DNA of 62,531 bases, the filler included, from Dehalococcoidia bacterium (GTDB lineage: Bacteria; Chloroflexota; Dehalococcoidia; DSTF01; JACRBR01), in NCBI GenBank assembly GCA_041494685.1. It is 3 parts of 3 records of this genome, joined end to end, with 100 filler letters (N's around TTAATTAATTAA, not from the genome) between each part and the next. Parts side by side here need not be neighbours in the genome. Positions count along the whole stretch, not along the records: positions 25,591 to 51,015 come from JBGQBE010000050.1; positions 51,116 to 62,531 come from JBGQBE010000065.1; 1 more part is not named here. The stretch is one strand, 5' to 3'. Position 1 is the stretch's first letter, and the number at the start of each line of letters is the position of its first letter. The translations under genes and the position numbers were made by a program. Under the pieces are notes generated by a model. The model was not told the origin of the DNA and did not search any database. It saw only the letters and a program-made list of their open reading frames with translations. Positions 50,256 to 62,531 of this stretch are shown piece by piece.

Positions 50256-51015
50256 TCAGGCGGTGCGGCTGCGCAGCGCCAGCAGCACCATCGTCATCGT
50301 GAGCACGGCGAGGCCGGCGATGGCGCCGAAGCCGGCGGCGAGCGAGCCGGCGTCCCAGCCGCCGAGGATGAGGTCGCGCATGCCCTGGATGACGTAGGTG
50401 ACGGGGTTGATCGTGGCCAGGAACTCCAGCCAGCCCGCGAAGAACTCCTTGGGTGCGAACGCCGGCGAGAGGAAGAGCAGCGGGAAGAAGAGCAGGAACC
50501 CCACCTGCGCCGCCTGCGCGCTGCCCGTCTTGAGCGCGATCGCCACGCCGACACCGGAGTAGGCGAGGCCGAAGGTGCCCGCGGCCAGCACCAGGACGAC
50601 GAAGCCGGCAGGGCCGGTGGCGAAGCCGCTGCCGGCGACGATGCCGGCGGCGCCGATGAGCACGGCGAGCATCATGGCGCGGATGCTGTCCGCGACGAGC
50701 CGGCCGAGCACGATCGAAAGCCGAGACGTGGGCGTGAGCATCAGCTTGTCGAGATAGCCGCGCTCGATATCGGTGACGAGGCCGAGGCCGGCGGAGCCGG
50801 CCGCGCTGGCGACGGCCTGTAGGACGGCGACGGGCATCTGGAAGCCGGTGTAGTTCGTGACGCCGAACGCGCGCCCGGCGACGTTGCCGATGGCGCCGAC
50901 GGTGACGGCGAAGAAGAACATCGGGATGAAGATGTTCGAGATCTCGAGCGCCGGCTGGCGCCACGTCTCACGCAGTGAACGCACCACCAGGTAATAGGTG
51001 TCGGTTACCGTCCGC
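50256..51015 (-). CDS. ABC-2 type transporter permease, 5' end lost in gap
   Basis: [34 protein letters not shown]. Confidence 0.88.
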
Positions 51016-51115
51016 NNNNNNNNNNNNNNNNNNNNNNNNNNNNNNNNNNNNNNNNNNNNTTAATTAATTAANNNNNNNNNNNNNNNNNNNNNNNNNNNNN
51101 NNNNNNNNNNNNNNN
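51016..51115. other. Artificial contig-joining linker (N44-TTAATTAATTAA-N44)
   Basis: Identical to the linker at 25491-25590. Confidence 0.97.
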
Positions 51116-51969
51116 ATGAAGAGGCCGGGATAGAGGACGCCTTTGAACGGCGTGCCCTCGGCGGCCATCGCGCGCACCGCGGCCTCGGTGATGTCGCGGC
51201 GGATCTGCCCGGCGGTCGAGGCGTCGAGCCAGGCCGGCGGGCTGTAGACGCCCATGCCGCCGGTGTTGGGGCCGCAGTTGCCGTCGAACACGGGCTTGTG
51301 GTCGCAGGAGAAGGGCATGTGGGCGACGGTCTTGCCGTCGCTGAAGGCGTGCGCGCTCGTCTCGCGGCCGGCGAGCCGGTCTTCAATGACGACGCTGCTC
51401 CCCGCCGCGCCGAGGCGGCGATCGACGAGGAGTTCTCGCAGGACCTCGATCGCCTGCGCGTGCGAGTCGGTGACGATGGCGCCCTTGCCCGCGCTGAGGC
51501 CGTCGGCCTTCACGACGACATCGCGGGGGCGCGACTCGACGTAGCGCGCGGCTGCGGCGAAGTCGTCGAAGCTGGCGTTCTCGCTCATCGGGATGCCATG
51601 GCGGCGCATGAGGTCCTTGGCGAAGGACTTGGAGGCCTCGATCCGCGCGGCCGCCTTCGTGGGGCCGAAGGCGGCGATGCCCGCGGCTTCGAGGCGGTCG
51701 ACCAGGCCGAGCGCCAGCGGATCGTCGGGCGCGACGATGACGAAATCGATGCGGCGCTCGCGCGCGATGGCGACGACGGCATCGCCGAACGCGGTCACTT
51801 CGCCGGCGGGGGCGTAGGGCTTCGGGATGGCGAGCGGGAGCGTGTCGGCGATCTGGGCGATGCCGGCGTTGCCGGGCGCGACGCAGAGTGCGCCGAGGCG
51901 CGGCGACTGCCGCAGCTTCCACGCGATCGCGTGTTCGCGCGCCCCGGAGCCGATCAGCAGTACGTCCAT
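51116..51969 (-). CDS. purD: Phosphoribosylamine--glycine ligase, 3' end truncated by gap
   Basis: IGSGAREHAIAWKL, APGNAG, VVKADGLSAGKG, GPNTGGMG. Confidence 0.95.
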
Positions 51970-52157
51970 CAGCCCGCGGTGCTCTGTTCGAAGTGGCGGA
52001 GGACAGCGACGACGCCGAGGAGCAGGATGACGGGCAGCAGCAACTCGCCCGGGCGAATCGCACTGCGGCGCCGGCGCGGCTGGTACGTGTAGATCTCGGG
52101 CTCGTCCGGCCCGTGCTGGAGATAGCCGTTGCTGCTGTCCGAGCGCTCGGTGGTCAC
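51969..52157 (-). CDS. Small single-TM hypothetical protein
   Basis: Fills the guaA-purD gap exactly. TM LLLPVILLLGVVAVL. Confidence 0.55.
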   Translation of the reverse strand: MTTERSDSSNGYLQHGPDEPEIYTYQPRRRRSAIRPGELLLPVILLLGVVAVLRHFEQSTAG

Positions 52158-52161
52158 GGCG

Positions 52162-53823
<1,662 letters not shown>

Positions 53824-53912
53824 GTCGTATCCTGTGCGTGCGGGGTGAGGTGCCCTGAGTGTACCGGCGCAGCTTCCGCCGGTCAACAGTTACTGTTCAT
53901 CGACATAAGCGT

Positions 53913-54530
53913 ATGGACGAGAACCAGCAGTACCGCCACGCCGCCGTCGTGCTCCGTTCGGGGGGTATCGTCGCGCTGCCGACCGACACGGTGTACGGCC
54001 TGTGCGCCGTCGCCACGGACGCCGCGGCGGTGGAGCGCATCTACGAGATCAAGGGCCGCGACCCGGGACAGGCGCTGCCGGTCTTCGCCGGCTCGGTCGA
54101 GCAGGCGGGGCTGATCGCGGAGATGACGGCGCCGGCGCGGGCGCTCGCCGCGAAGTTCTGGCCGGGCGCGCTGACGATCGTGCTGCGCCGGAAGCCCTCC
54201 TTCGCGACGCGGGCGGCGGCGGGCGGCGACACGATCGCCGTGCGCGTGCCCGGCGACGCGGTGATCCGCGAGCTGGCGCTGCAGCTGGGACCGCTGACCG
54301 GGACCAGCGCCAATCTCGCGGGGCGCGACGAGTGCCACACGGCGGCCGACGTACGCGCGCAGCTCGGCGACGCGGTGGATCTGGTGGTCGACGCGGCGGT
54401 CGCGGCCACGGGGAAGCCATCGACGCTCGTCGACTGCACGGAGGCCGGGGTCGTGCGCGTGCTGCGCGATGGCGCGGTGTCGCGCGGCGCGATCGAGGCG
54501 GCGTTGGCCGGCACGGCTGGCCTGATCTAG
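53913..54530 (+). CDS. tsaC: L-threonylcarbamoyladenylate synthase (TsaC/Sua5/YrdC)
   Basis: LPTDTVYGL, IYEIKGR, FWPGALT, TSANL. Confidence 0.92.
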   Translation: MDENQQYRHAAVVLRSGGIVALPTDTVYGLCAVATDAAAVERIYEIKGRDPGQALPVFAGSVEQAGLIAEMTAPARALAAKFWPGALTIVLRRKPSFATRAAAGGDTIAVRVPGDAVIRELALQLGPLTGTSANLAGRDECHTAADVRAQLGDAVDLVVDAAVAATGKPSTLVDCTEAGVVRVLRDGAVSRGAIEAALAGTAGLI

Positions 54531-54605
54531 CATGCGGCAGGAAGGTGCGCTGATGCCCTCGACCCTCCGATTGCCGCACGCCGGGATCGCCGTGGTTCGC
54601 CTGTG

Positions 54606-55667
54606 ATGGCGAGCGCGAGCGCCCTACCGCCGCTCGATCCCGCGCGCGTGGGCGCGGCGCTGTCGCGCTACCGCGAGCCGGTCGTGGCGGCGATGCGCGC
54701 GGCGCTGGACCGGCCGGGCGTGGGGCACATCGCGCTGATGCGCTACCACCTGGGCTGGGAGGACGCCGCCGGCAAGACGATTGCGGCGCCCGGCGGCAAG
54801 ATGCTGCGCCCGGCGCTCTGCCTGATCTGCTGCGAGGCTGCCGGCGGGGACGCGCGCACGGCGATGCCGGCCGCGGCGGCGATCGAGCTGCTGCACAACT
54901 TCACGCTGATCCACGACGACATCGAGGACGCCAGCGACACGCGGCATGGGCGCGAGACGCTGTGGCGCATCGTCGGTGTGCCGCAGGCGATCAACGCGGG
55001 CGATGGGCTCTTCGTGCTGGCGCGGCGCGCGCTGCTCGACCTGGAGGGCGCGGGCGCATCGCCGGAGCGGGTGCTGCGGGCGGTGCGGACGCTTGACGAG
55101 GCGTGCGTTGCACTGTGCGAGGGCCAGTACGCCGACATCGGCTTCGAGACGCGCGACCGTGTCACGCAGGCGGAGTACGAAGCGATGATCGCGGGCAAGA
55201 CGGCGGCGCTGCTGGGCGCGTCGGCGGCGATCGGCGCGATCGCGGGCGGCGCGGACGACGCGACGGCGGCGGCGCTGGGCGAGTGCGGGCGGCTGCTGGG
55301 GCTGGCGTTCCAGGTACAGGACGACGTGTTGGGGATCTGGGGCGAGGAGGCGGTGACGGGGAAGCCGGTGGCCGACGACATCCGATCGCGCAAGAAGTCG
55401 TACCCGGTCGTCTACGCGTTCGACCACCTGGACGCGGCGGGACGCTCCCGGCTGGAGCAGATCTACGCGCAGGAGCGGCTGAGCGAGGACGACGTGCGCG
55501 GGGTGCTTGCGCTGCTGGACGCGGCGGATGCGCGCGCGGTCTCGACTGAGACGGCGGAGCGGTACGCGGCGTCGGCGTTGGAACTGTTGCGGCCGCTGCG
55601 CCTCGACGCGGAGCGGCGTGCGGACATCGAGGCGCTGGCCGCGTTCTTCGTGCACCGGAGCGCGTGA
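54606..55667 (+). CDS. Polyprenyl diphosphate synthase (GGPP synthase-like)
   Basis: GGKMLRP, LIHDDIED (FARM), FQVQDDVLG (SARM). Confidence 0.92.
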   Translation: MASASALPPLDPARVGAALSRYREPVVAAMRAALDRPGVGHIALMRYHLGWEDAAGKTIAAPGGKMLRPALCLICCEAAGGDARTAMPAAAAIELLHNFTLIHDDIEDASDTRHGRETLWRIVGVPQAINAGDGLFVLARRALLDLEGAGASPERVLRAVRTLDEACVALCEGQYADIGFETRDRVTQAEYEAMIAGKTAALLGASAAIGAIAGGADDATAAALGECGRLLGLAFQVQDDVLGIWGEEAVTGKPVADDIRSRKKSYPVVYAFDHLDAAGRSRLEQIYAQERLSEDDVRGVLALLDAADARAVSTETAERYAASALELLRPLRLDAERRADIEALAAFFVHRSA

Positions 55668-55730
55668 GCGATCTGCGCACGCGGGCTGAACGCCCGCGCT
55701 ACGGCGCATGGGGCAGGTAACGGAGACGAC

Positions 55731-56918
<1,188 letters not shown>

Positions 56919-56933
56919 CGGGCGTCGATAGCT

Positions 56934-56977
56934 CGGTCAAGCCGTGATTTGACCGGCTACGGGTGCTCTGTTACCCT
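56934..56977 (+). promoter_or_regulatory. Promoter with inverted repeat over the -35 box
   Basis: CGGTCAA-N8-TTGACCG. TTGACC-N17-TACCCT with extended TG. Confidence 0.45.
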
Positions 56978-57019
56978 CCCTTGGGTCTCCGGGCAATCCC
57001 GTCTCCCAGGAGGTTCCGC

Positions 57020-57397
57020 ATGAGCCACGAATCCGGCAGCGTGATCGCTTCGGTCTCCGGCGACAGCGTCGAGATAGACCAGAGCGCGGTGCGCAACGTC
57101 GAGGGTGAGCGCGTCGAGCTGCGGCAGGCGGCGGCGCAGCACGTCCGCGGCGAGAACCTGGACGTGGCGGAGAGCGCCGTGCTCAGCGTGCGCGCGGCGG
57201 ACGTCCACATGCGGGACTGCGCGTCGTTCGCCGTGGTCGGCGAGCACGTGCGGTTGAAGGAAAGCGGCGTCGTCTTCCTCTTCGCGCGGAGCGTGGAGGG
57301 CGACGTGAAGAACGCCATCACGCCGGCCGCGGCGTTCGCCTTCGGGCTGGGCGCGGTGGCGGGCATCGGCATATTGCGGCGGTTGCGCCGCCGGTAG
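57020..57397 (+). CDS. Small 15-residue-repeat (beta-solenoid-like) protein with C-terminal TM anchor
   Basis: AGGAGG RBS. Repeats SVSGDSVEIDQSAVR / NVEGERVELRQAAAQ / HVRGENLDVAESAVL / SVRAADVHMRDCASF / AVVGEHVRLKESGVV. Confidence 0.75.
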   Translation: MSHESGSVIASVSGDSVEIDQSAVRNVEGERVELRQAAAQHVRGENLDVAESAVLSVRAADVHMRDCASFAVVGEHVRLKESGVVFLFARSVEGDVKNAITPAAAFAFGLGAVAGIGILRRLRRR

Positions 57398-57413
57398 GAC
57401 AGGGACAGAAGAC

Positions 57414-58064
57414 ATGGCGAACAGCGAACTCCAGGTGGCGCCGCGGACGGTGCTGGGCAAGAAGGTGGCGCAGCTGCGCCGAACGGGCGTGACGCCGGCG
57501 AACGTCTTCGGGCACAAGATCGAGTCGCAAGCGGTGCAGGCCGACACGGCCGAACTGACGCGCCTGCTGCGGGGCATCACGCGCAACGCGATCATCAACC
57601 TGAACGTGGCAGGCGAAGCCACGCCGCGCACGGTCGTCGTACGGCAGGTATCGCGCGATGCCGTGACGGACCAGATCCTGCACCTGGATTTCTTCCAGGT
57701 ATCGATGACGGAGCGTATGCGGGCCGACGTGCCGGTGGTGCTGATCGGCGTGTCCGACGCGGTGACGACCTTCGGCGGCGTGCTGCTGCAGACGCTGGAG
57801 CGCATCTCGGTGGAGGCGCTGCCGGCCGACATCCCGACGCAGTTCGAGGTTGACGTGAGCCGGATCACGCAGCTCGACGAGTCGCTGCACGTGAAGGACC
57901 TGGGAATCGACGCATCGCGCCTGACGCTGCACACCGACCCGGACGTCGTCGTGGCGCGCGTAGCGTCGCCGCGTGTCGTCGTGGTGGAAGAAGTTGCGGC
58001 GGTACCGGCGGCGGGCGCCGCGCCGGCGACCGAGGCCGCACCGGCCACGCCGGCCAAGCCGTAA
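57414..58064 (+). CDS. rplY: 50S ribosomal protein bL25/Ctc
   Basis: RTVLGKKVAQLRRTGVTPANVFG, ILHLDFFQV, VEALPADIP. Confidence 0.95.
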   Translation: MANSELQVAPRTVLGKKVAQLRRTGVTPANVFGHKIESQAVQADTAELTRLLRGITRNAIINLNVAGEATPRTVVVRQVSRDAVTDQILHLDFFQVSMTERMRADVPVVLIGVSDAVTTFGGVLLQTLERISVEALPADIPTQFEVDVSRITQLDESLHVKDLGIDASRLTLHTDPDVVVARVASPRVVVVEEVAAVPAAGAAPATEAAPATPAKP

Positions 58065-58091
58065 CGCCGAGCAGTTACAGGTTCGATACGA

Positions 58092-58126
58092 AGAACGAGC
58101 GCCCCGCGAGGCGCTCGTTCTGTGTT
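58092..58126 (+). terminator. Intrinsic terminator after rplY
   Basis: AGAACGAGCGCC-CCGCGA-GGCGCTCGTTCT-GTGTT. Confidence 0.75.
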
Positions 58127-58188
58127 GCGGCGGAGAGCCGGGACCGTTCGTCGCGGACAGGGCGATCGTGCGGTGCGGCGCGCAAGCG

Positions 58189-59165
58189 CTAGGAGCGCGC
58201 CATCACTTCGCTGATGATGCGCTGCTTGACGGACGCGGAGTTGTCGATGGTCGTATGGTCAACGGGGGCGAGCGGGCCGCCCCGGTCGCCGTCCTTCGGG
58301 CCCTGCTCGCCGCTGGCATCCCAGTTCTCGGCGTTCGGCGCGTCGTACGGCGCGCCCTGGAGCGCGCCGGGGTTGTGCTCGTAGACGTTGAAGACATGCA
58401 CGCGCTTCGGCCGCGAGAGCGTGTCGCCGGTGTAGAGCACGTCGACGCGGTCCACGTCCACGACCTCGATGATGCGTTTGGCGTACGACGCCTCGAGGCG
58501 CGAGGCGACGACGTCCGCGGTGACCGCGCCGTGGCTGTGGCCGAGCAGCACGGCGCGCAGGCAGGGATAGCGGTCGAGGTACACCTGTACCGCGTGCGAG
58601 AGCCACTGCTCCATCGCGCCGTGGACGTTCTGCGCGCCCGCGATCGCGGGGCCGGCCAGCACGGCGATCGTCTGCACGCCCTTGTCGTCGTACGCCTTCT
58701 GGATGCCGTCGATCATGCTGCGCACGCCGGCGGCGTCGGCGCGGTCCTTGAGATTGACCACGCCGCCGCCGACGCCGACGAGCAGCACGGCGCTCTGGTC
58801 GGGCCCGCAGGTGACGTCGGCGGACTTGAAGTAGCCGTGCGCGACCGCGTACTCGGGCGCGCTGGACGAGCCGCCCTTGCAGGCGGCAGCCTCGCGCGCC
58901 TCGTCGAGGGGGATGTCGATGCCGCGGAAGAAGGCGGCGTCCTGGTCGTCGCGCGCGCCGTCGGCGTTGAAGTCGGGCACCTTCGAGAGGTCGGCGGCGT
59001 CGTTCTCGTTCAGGCGGTGGTCGCCGTTGACATCCTGGCAGGCGAGCTGACTGAAGACGGCGCGGGGCGCGCGAGCGAGGCCGGTGTTGTTGCAGGCCAG
59101 CAGCAGCGCCGTCGCGGCGAGCGCGGCAGCGGCGATGAGCGCGGTCTTCGCGCGCACGCGGCGGA

Positions 59166-59169
<4 letters not shown>
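58189..59169 (-). CDS. Lipoprotein with dockerin/EF-hand-like repeat pair and alpha/beta hydrolase domain
   Basis: Lipobox LLAC. DVNGDHRLNEND / DFNADGARDDQD. GHSHG elbow, VDVD, DHTTID. Confidence 0.75.
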
Positions 59170-60257
<1,088 letters not shown>

Positions 60258-60388
60258 CGCATCCAGTCTACCGGACGCGGCCGTCGGGCCTCGCGGGCTT
60301 CACGGAAGCGCGGATTCGCGCGACAATGCGGGCGATGGCCGCGTGGCGACGACCGCCGCGGGCGGCAGCGAGGGGGCAGGACACGGAT

Positions 60389-61285
60389 ATGACTACGACG
60401 ACGACCACCGACGTCCACGTGGGCCGCGACTACGGCCGGCACGACTTCGTCATCGATGCGGCAGAGGTGGCGAAGTACTGCGGCGCCGTGGACGACCACA
60501 ACCCGATCTACAGCGGGGCGTCGTCGTTCGGCGGGGCCGTGGCGCCGGCGCTGGTGCGCCACTCCGAGGTGTACGAGTACCGGCCGCTGGACAGGCCGGG
60601 CGCGCCGTCGTGGTACCTGCCGAACCTGTACGGCAACCTGCACGCGCGCCAGGAGTGGGAGCTGTTCCGGCCGGTGATGGTGGGCGACGCGCTGCACACG
60701 CGCTCGTTCATCGCCGACCGCTACGTGAAGCGCGGGCGCGACTACGTGGTGAACGAGGTGTTGTACTTCAACGCGGAGGACGCCATCGTGGCGCGCGGGC
60801 GCACGCACCAGAGCTTCCTGCGCGAGACGGACAATGCCGGCATCGTCGTCGACAAGACGCGCGAGAAGTCGAAGGAGCGGCGGTTCGAGGTGGACACGGC
60901 GGCGGCGATCGAGGAGATCCCGACGCTGCAGAAGCAGATCACGCTCGATATGTGCTGGAAGTTCAGCGGGCCGAACAAGAACTACCACAACGACAAGGAG
61001 TCGGCGATCAAGTGGGGCTTCCCGGACATCGTGGTGCAGGGGATGATGTCCACGTGCTTCCTGTCGGAGATGCTGACGGACCGGTTCGGCGCGGGCTGGA
61101 TCGCCGGCGGCAAGATGAACGTGAACCTGGTGAACATCGTCTGGCAGAGCGACAGGCTGACGTGCCGCGGCTTCGTGCGGGAGATCGCGCCGGAGGGCGA
61201 GCGGCAGCGCGCGCACCTGGACGTGTGGGTGGAGAAGGAAGACGGCACGAAGGTGACGATCGGCACCGCCAGCGCGGTGGTGTGA
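60389..61285 (+). CDS. MaoC-like double hot-dog dehydratase
   Basis: DDHNPIY, LHARQEWELFRPVMVGD, NYHNDKESAIKWGFPDIVVQG. Confidence 0.85.
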   Translation: MTTTTTTDVHVGRDYGRHDFVIDAAEVAKYCGAVDDHNPIYSGASSFGGAVAPALVRHSEVYEYRPLDRPGAPSWYLPNLYGNLHARQEWELFRPVMVGDALHTRSFIADRYVKRGRDYVVNEVLYFNAEDAIVARGRTHQSFLRETDNAGIVVDKTREKSKERRFEVDTAAAIEEIPTLQKQITLDMCWKFSGPNKNYHNDKESAIKWGFPDIVVQGMMSTCFLSEMLTDRFGAGWIAGGKMNVNLVNIVWQSDRLTCRGFVREIAPEGERQRAHLDVWVEKEDGTKVTIGTASAVV

Positions 61286-61328
61286 GGCTTCGCTTGATTT
61301 GAAGGCTCGTCTGTGGAACGATCCGGCG

Positions 61329-61997
61329 ATGCCTTCCTATGTTGACCGCGCAACACTTCATCCGAAGGGCTTTCACGATTCCGCGGCTCTGCCGTACGGC
61401 CTGCGCGTGTCTGAGGTGAAGGCCGCCATCGATGACATCTACGACTTCCTCTACAACGTGAACCGCTTTCTCGTGGAGAAGGGCTGGGATCGGCTTGAGG
61501 AGACGCTCGCTGCCGCGACGTTCAGCGGCGTGATCAGCGAGCTGGTCGTGGAAGGCGTGTCGAAGCGCAGTGCCACCGTCATCAAGAATCAGTTCCACAA
61601 CGGAAGGCCCGACGTCGTGCCACGCAGCCACTACCAGGGTGATGGTGTGCATCGGGGCAGTGAGGGCATCGAAGTCAAGGCGTCGCGGTGGTCAAACGGC
61701 TGGCAGGGTCATAACGTGGAGGACGGCTGGCTGATGATCTGCCAGTACTTCGTCGATGTGGGCGTCGACGATCCGGAGAAGCGCCAGCCAACGCGGATCG
61801 ACCGCGTACTATGCGCGCAACTGGAGGAAGCCGACTGGAGCTTTTCGGGGCGGCGCGAGGGCAGCCGCCGCACGCCGACGGCCGCGATCAAGAGGTCCGG
61901 CGTCGCAAAGCTCGAGGCGAACCCCGTGTACCTCGATCCGACGTACGCGCCGCGGCCGAAGCCGAAGAAGAAGCAGCAGGCTCCGCCGGAAGGTTGA
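61329..61997 (+). CDS. PD-(D/E)xK nuclease, probable Type II restriction endonuclease
   Basis: NGRPDVVP...GIEVKAS catalytic pattern. Convergent with a DNA methyltransferase. Confidence 0.65.
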   Translation: MPSYVDRATLHPKGFHDSAALPYGLRVSEVKAAIDDIYDFLYNVNRFLVEKGWDRLEETLAAATFSGVISELVVEGVSKRSATVIKNQFHNGRPDVVPRSHYQGDGVHRGSEGIEVKASRWSNGWQGHNVEDGWLMICQYFVDVGVDDPEKRQPTRIDRVLCAQLEEADWSFSGRREGSRRTPTAAIKRSGVAKLEANPVYLDPTYAPRPKPKKKQQAPPEG

Positions 61998-62531
61998 TCG
62001 CGGCCAGCCGCGGAATTGCGACCGCGGCCAGCGTGACGTAGTCCGGATCGAGTTCCACGCCAACGCCTCGGTAGCCAACAGCCTCGCACGCGGCAAGCGT
62101 TGAACCGCTGCCTGCGAATGTGTCCAGGACGGTGCCGGCGCCAAGGGGCAGCATCGCGCGCACGACCTGCCGCAGGAAGGCCTGTGGCTTGAGGCTCGGG
62201 TGGGGCGCAAGCGCCCGCTCGTCCGGCCGCGTAGGCCTGCTCTCGATGACGTCGAGGAACGGGCTCTCGGGTGAGATGCGCCGGAGGCCGCCCGTCTTCC
62301 ATTTCCGCAGATTCTCCGCGACCGTCCCCTCGCACGGCTTGCGCACCAACACCCACGGTTCCCACGCGGAGCGGGGCATCACGGTTACATCAGGGAACTC
62401 CTGCTCGGCGTTCTTAGGGCGGTCTCCGCCCCGCAGCGTCTGGGTGAGCCGCACGATCTCTCCGCGCTTCTCGTAGCGCGCGTGGACCATCGCCTGCGCA
62501 ACGACGTGCGATAGCAACGGGCTCGTCGCGA
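61888..62531 (-). CDS. Site-specific DNA methyltransferase (N4-C/N6-A, beta class), 5' end outside window
   Basis: HPSLKP, VLDTFAGSGST (FxGxG near the C-terminus), GVELDPDY. Confidence 0.88.
   Translation of the reverse strand, partial: ATSPLLSHVVAQAMVHARYEKRGEIVRLTQTLRGGDRPKNAEQEFPDVTVMPRSAWEPWVLVRKPCEGTVAENLRKWKTGGLRRISPESPFLDVIESRPTRPDERALAPHPSLKPQAFLRQVVRAMLPLGAGTVLDTFAGSGSTLAACEAVGYRGVGVELDPDYVTLAAVAIPRLAAINLPAEPAASSSASAAARTSDRGTRGSPRALRRRTS

Overview
A high-GC bacterial window made of three contigs joined by artificial N-TTAATTAATTAA-N linkers (gaps 25491-25590 and 51016-51115). Gene neighbourhoods across the gaps are not real. The organism is probably Chloroflexota, class Dehalococcoidia-like. 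This is inference from the T-box, a Gram-positive-type LexA box, an F420-type LLM enzyme and many Pro/Thr-rich lipoproteins. Housekeeping genes include ileS with an Ile T-box, argG, lepA, purD, guaA, tsaC, pgk, rplY, rlmN, birA, a cold-shock protein, a DEAD-box helicase and tRNA-Gly(TCC). Metabolic genes include lipid/acyl-CoA catabolism and a non-phosphorylative L-fucose pathway linked to a sulfatase. There is also a small Tad pseudopilin locus and a probable Type II restriction-modification pair at the right edge. The best candidate for an undescribed system is a translationally coupled two-gene module at 45849-48271. It pairs a lipoprotein carrying a cohesin-like and a PsbP-like domain with a secreted M23 peptidase carrying LGFP-like repeats and a C-terminal dockerin-like domain. 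This suggests a non-cellulosomal cohesin-dockerin tether for a cell-wall hydrolase. A second dockerin-like hydrolase lipoprotein is at 58189-59169. Other notable signals are an SOS box on a promoter upstream of a SprT-like protease, a degenerate tRNA-Gly repeat with an exactly inverted anticodon loop, and a type 2 IleRS with a GVHH motif in place of HIGH. All domain calls come from reading motifs by eye; no database searches were run.
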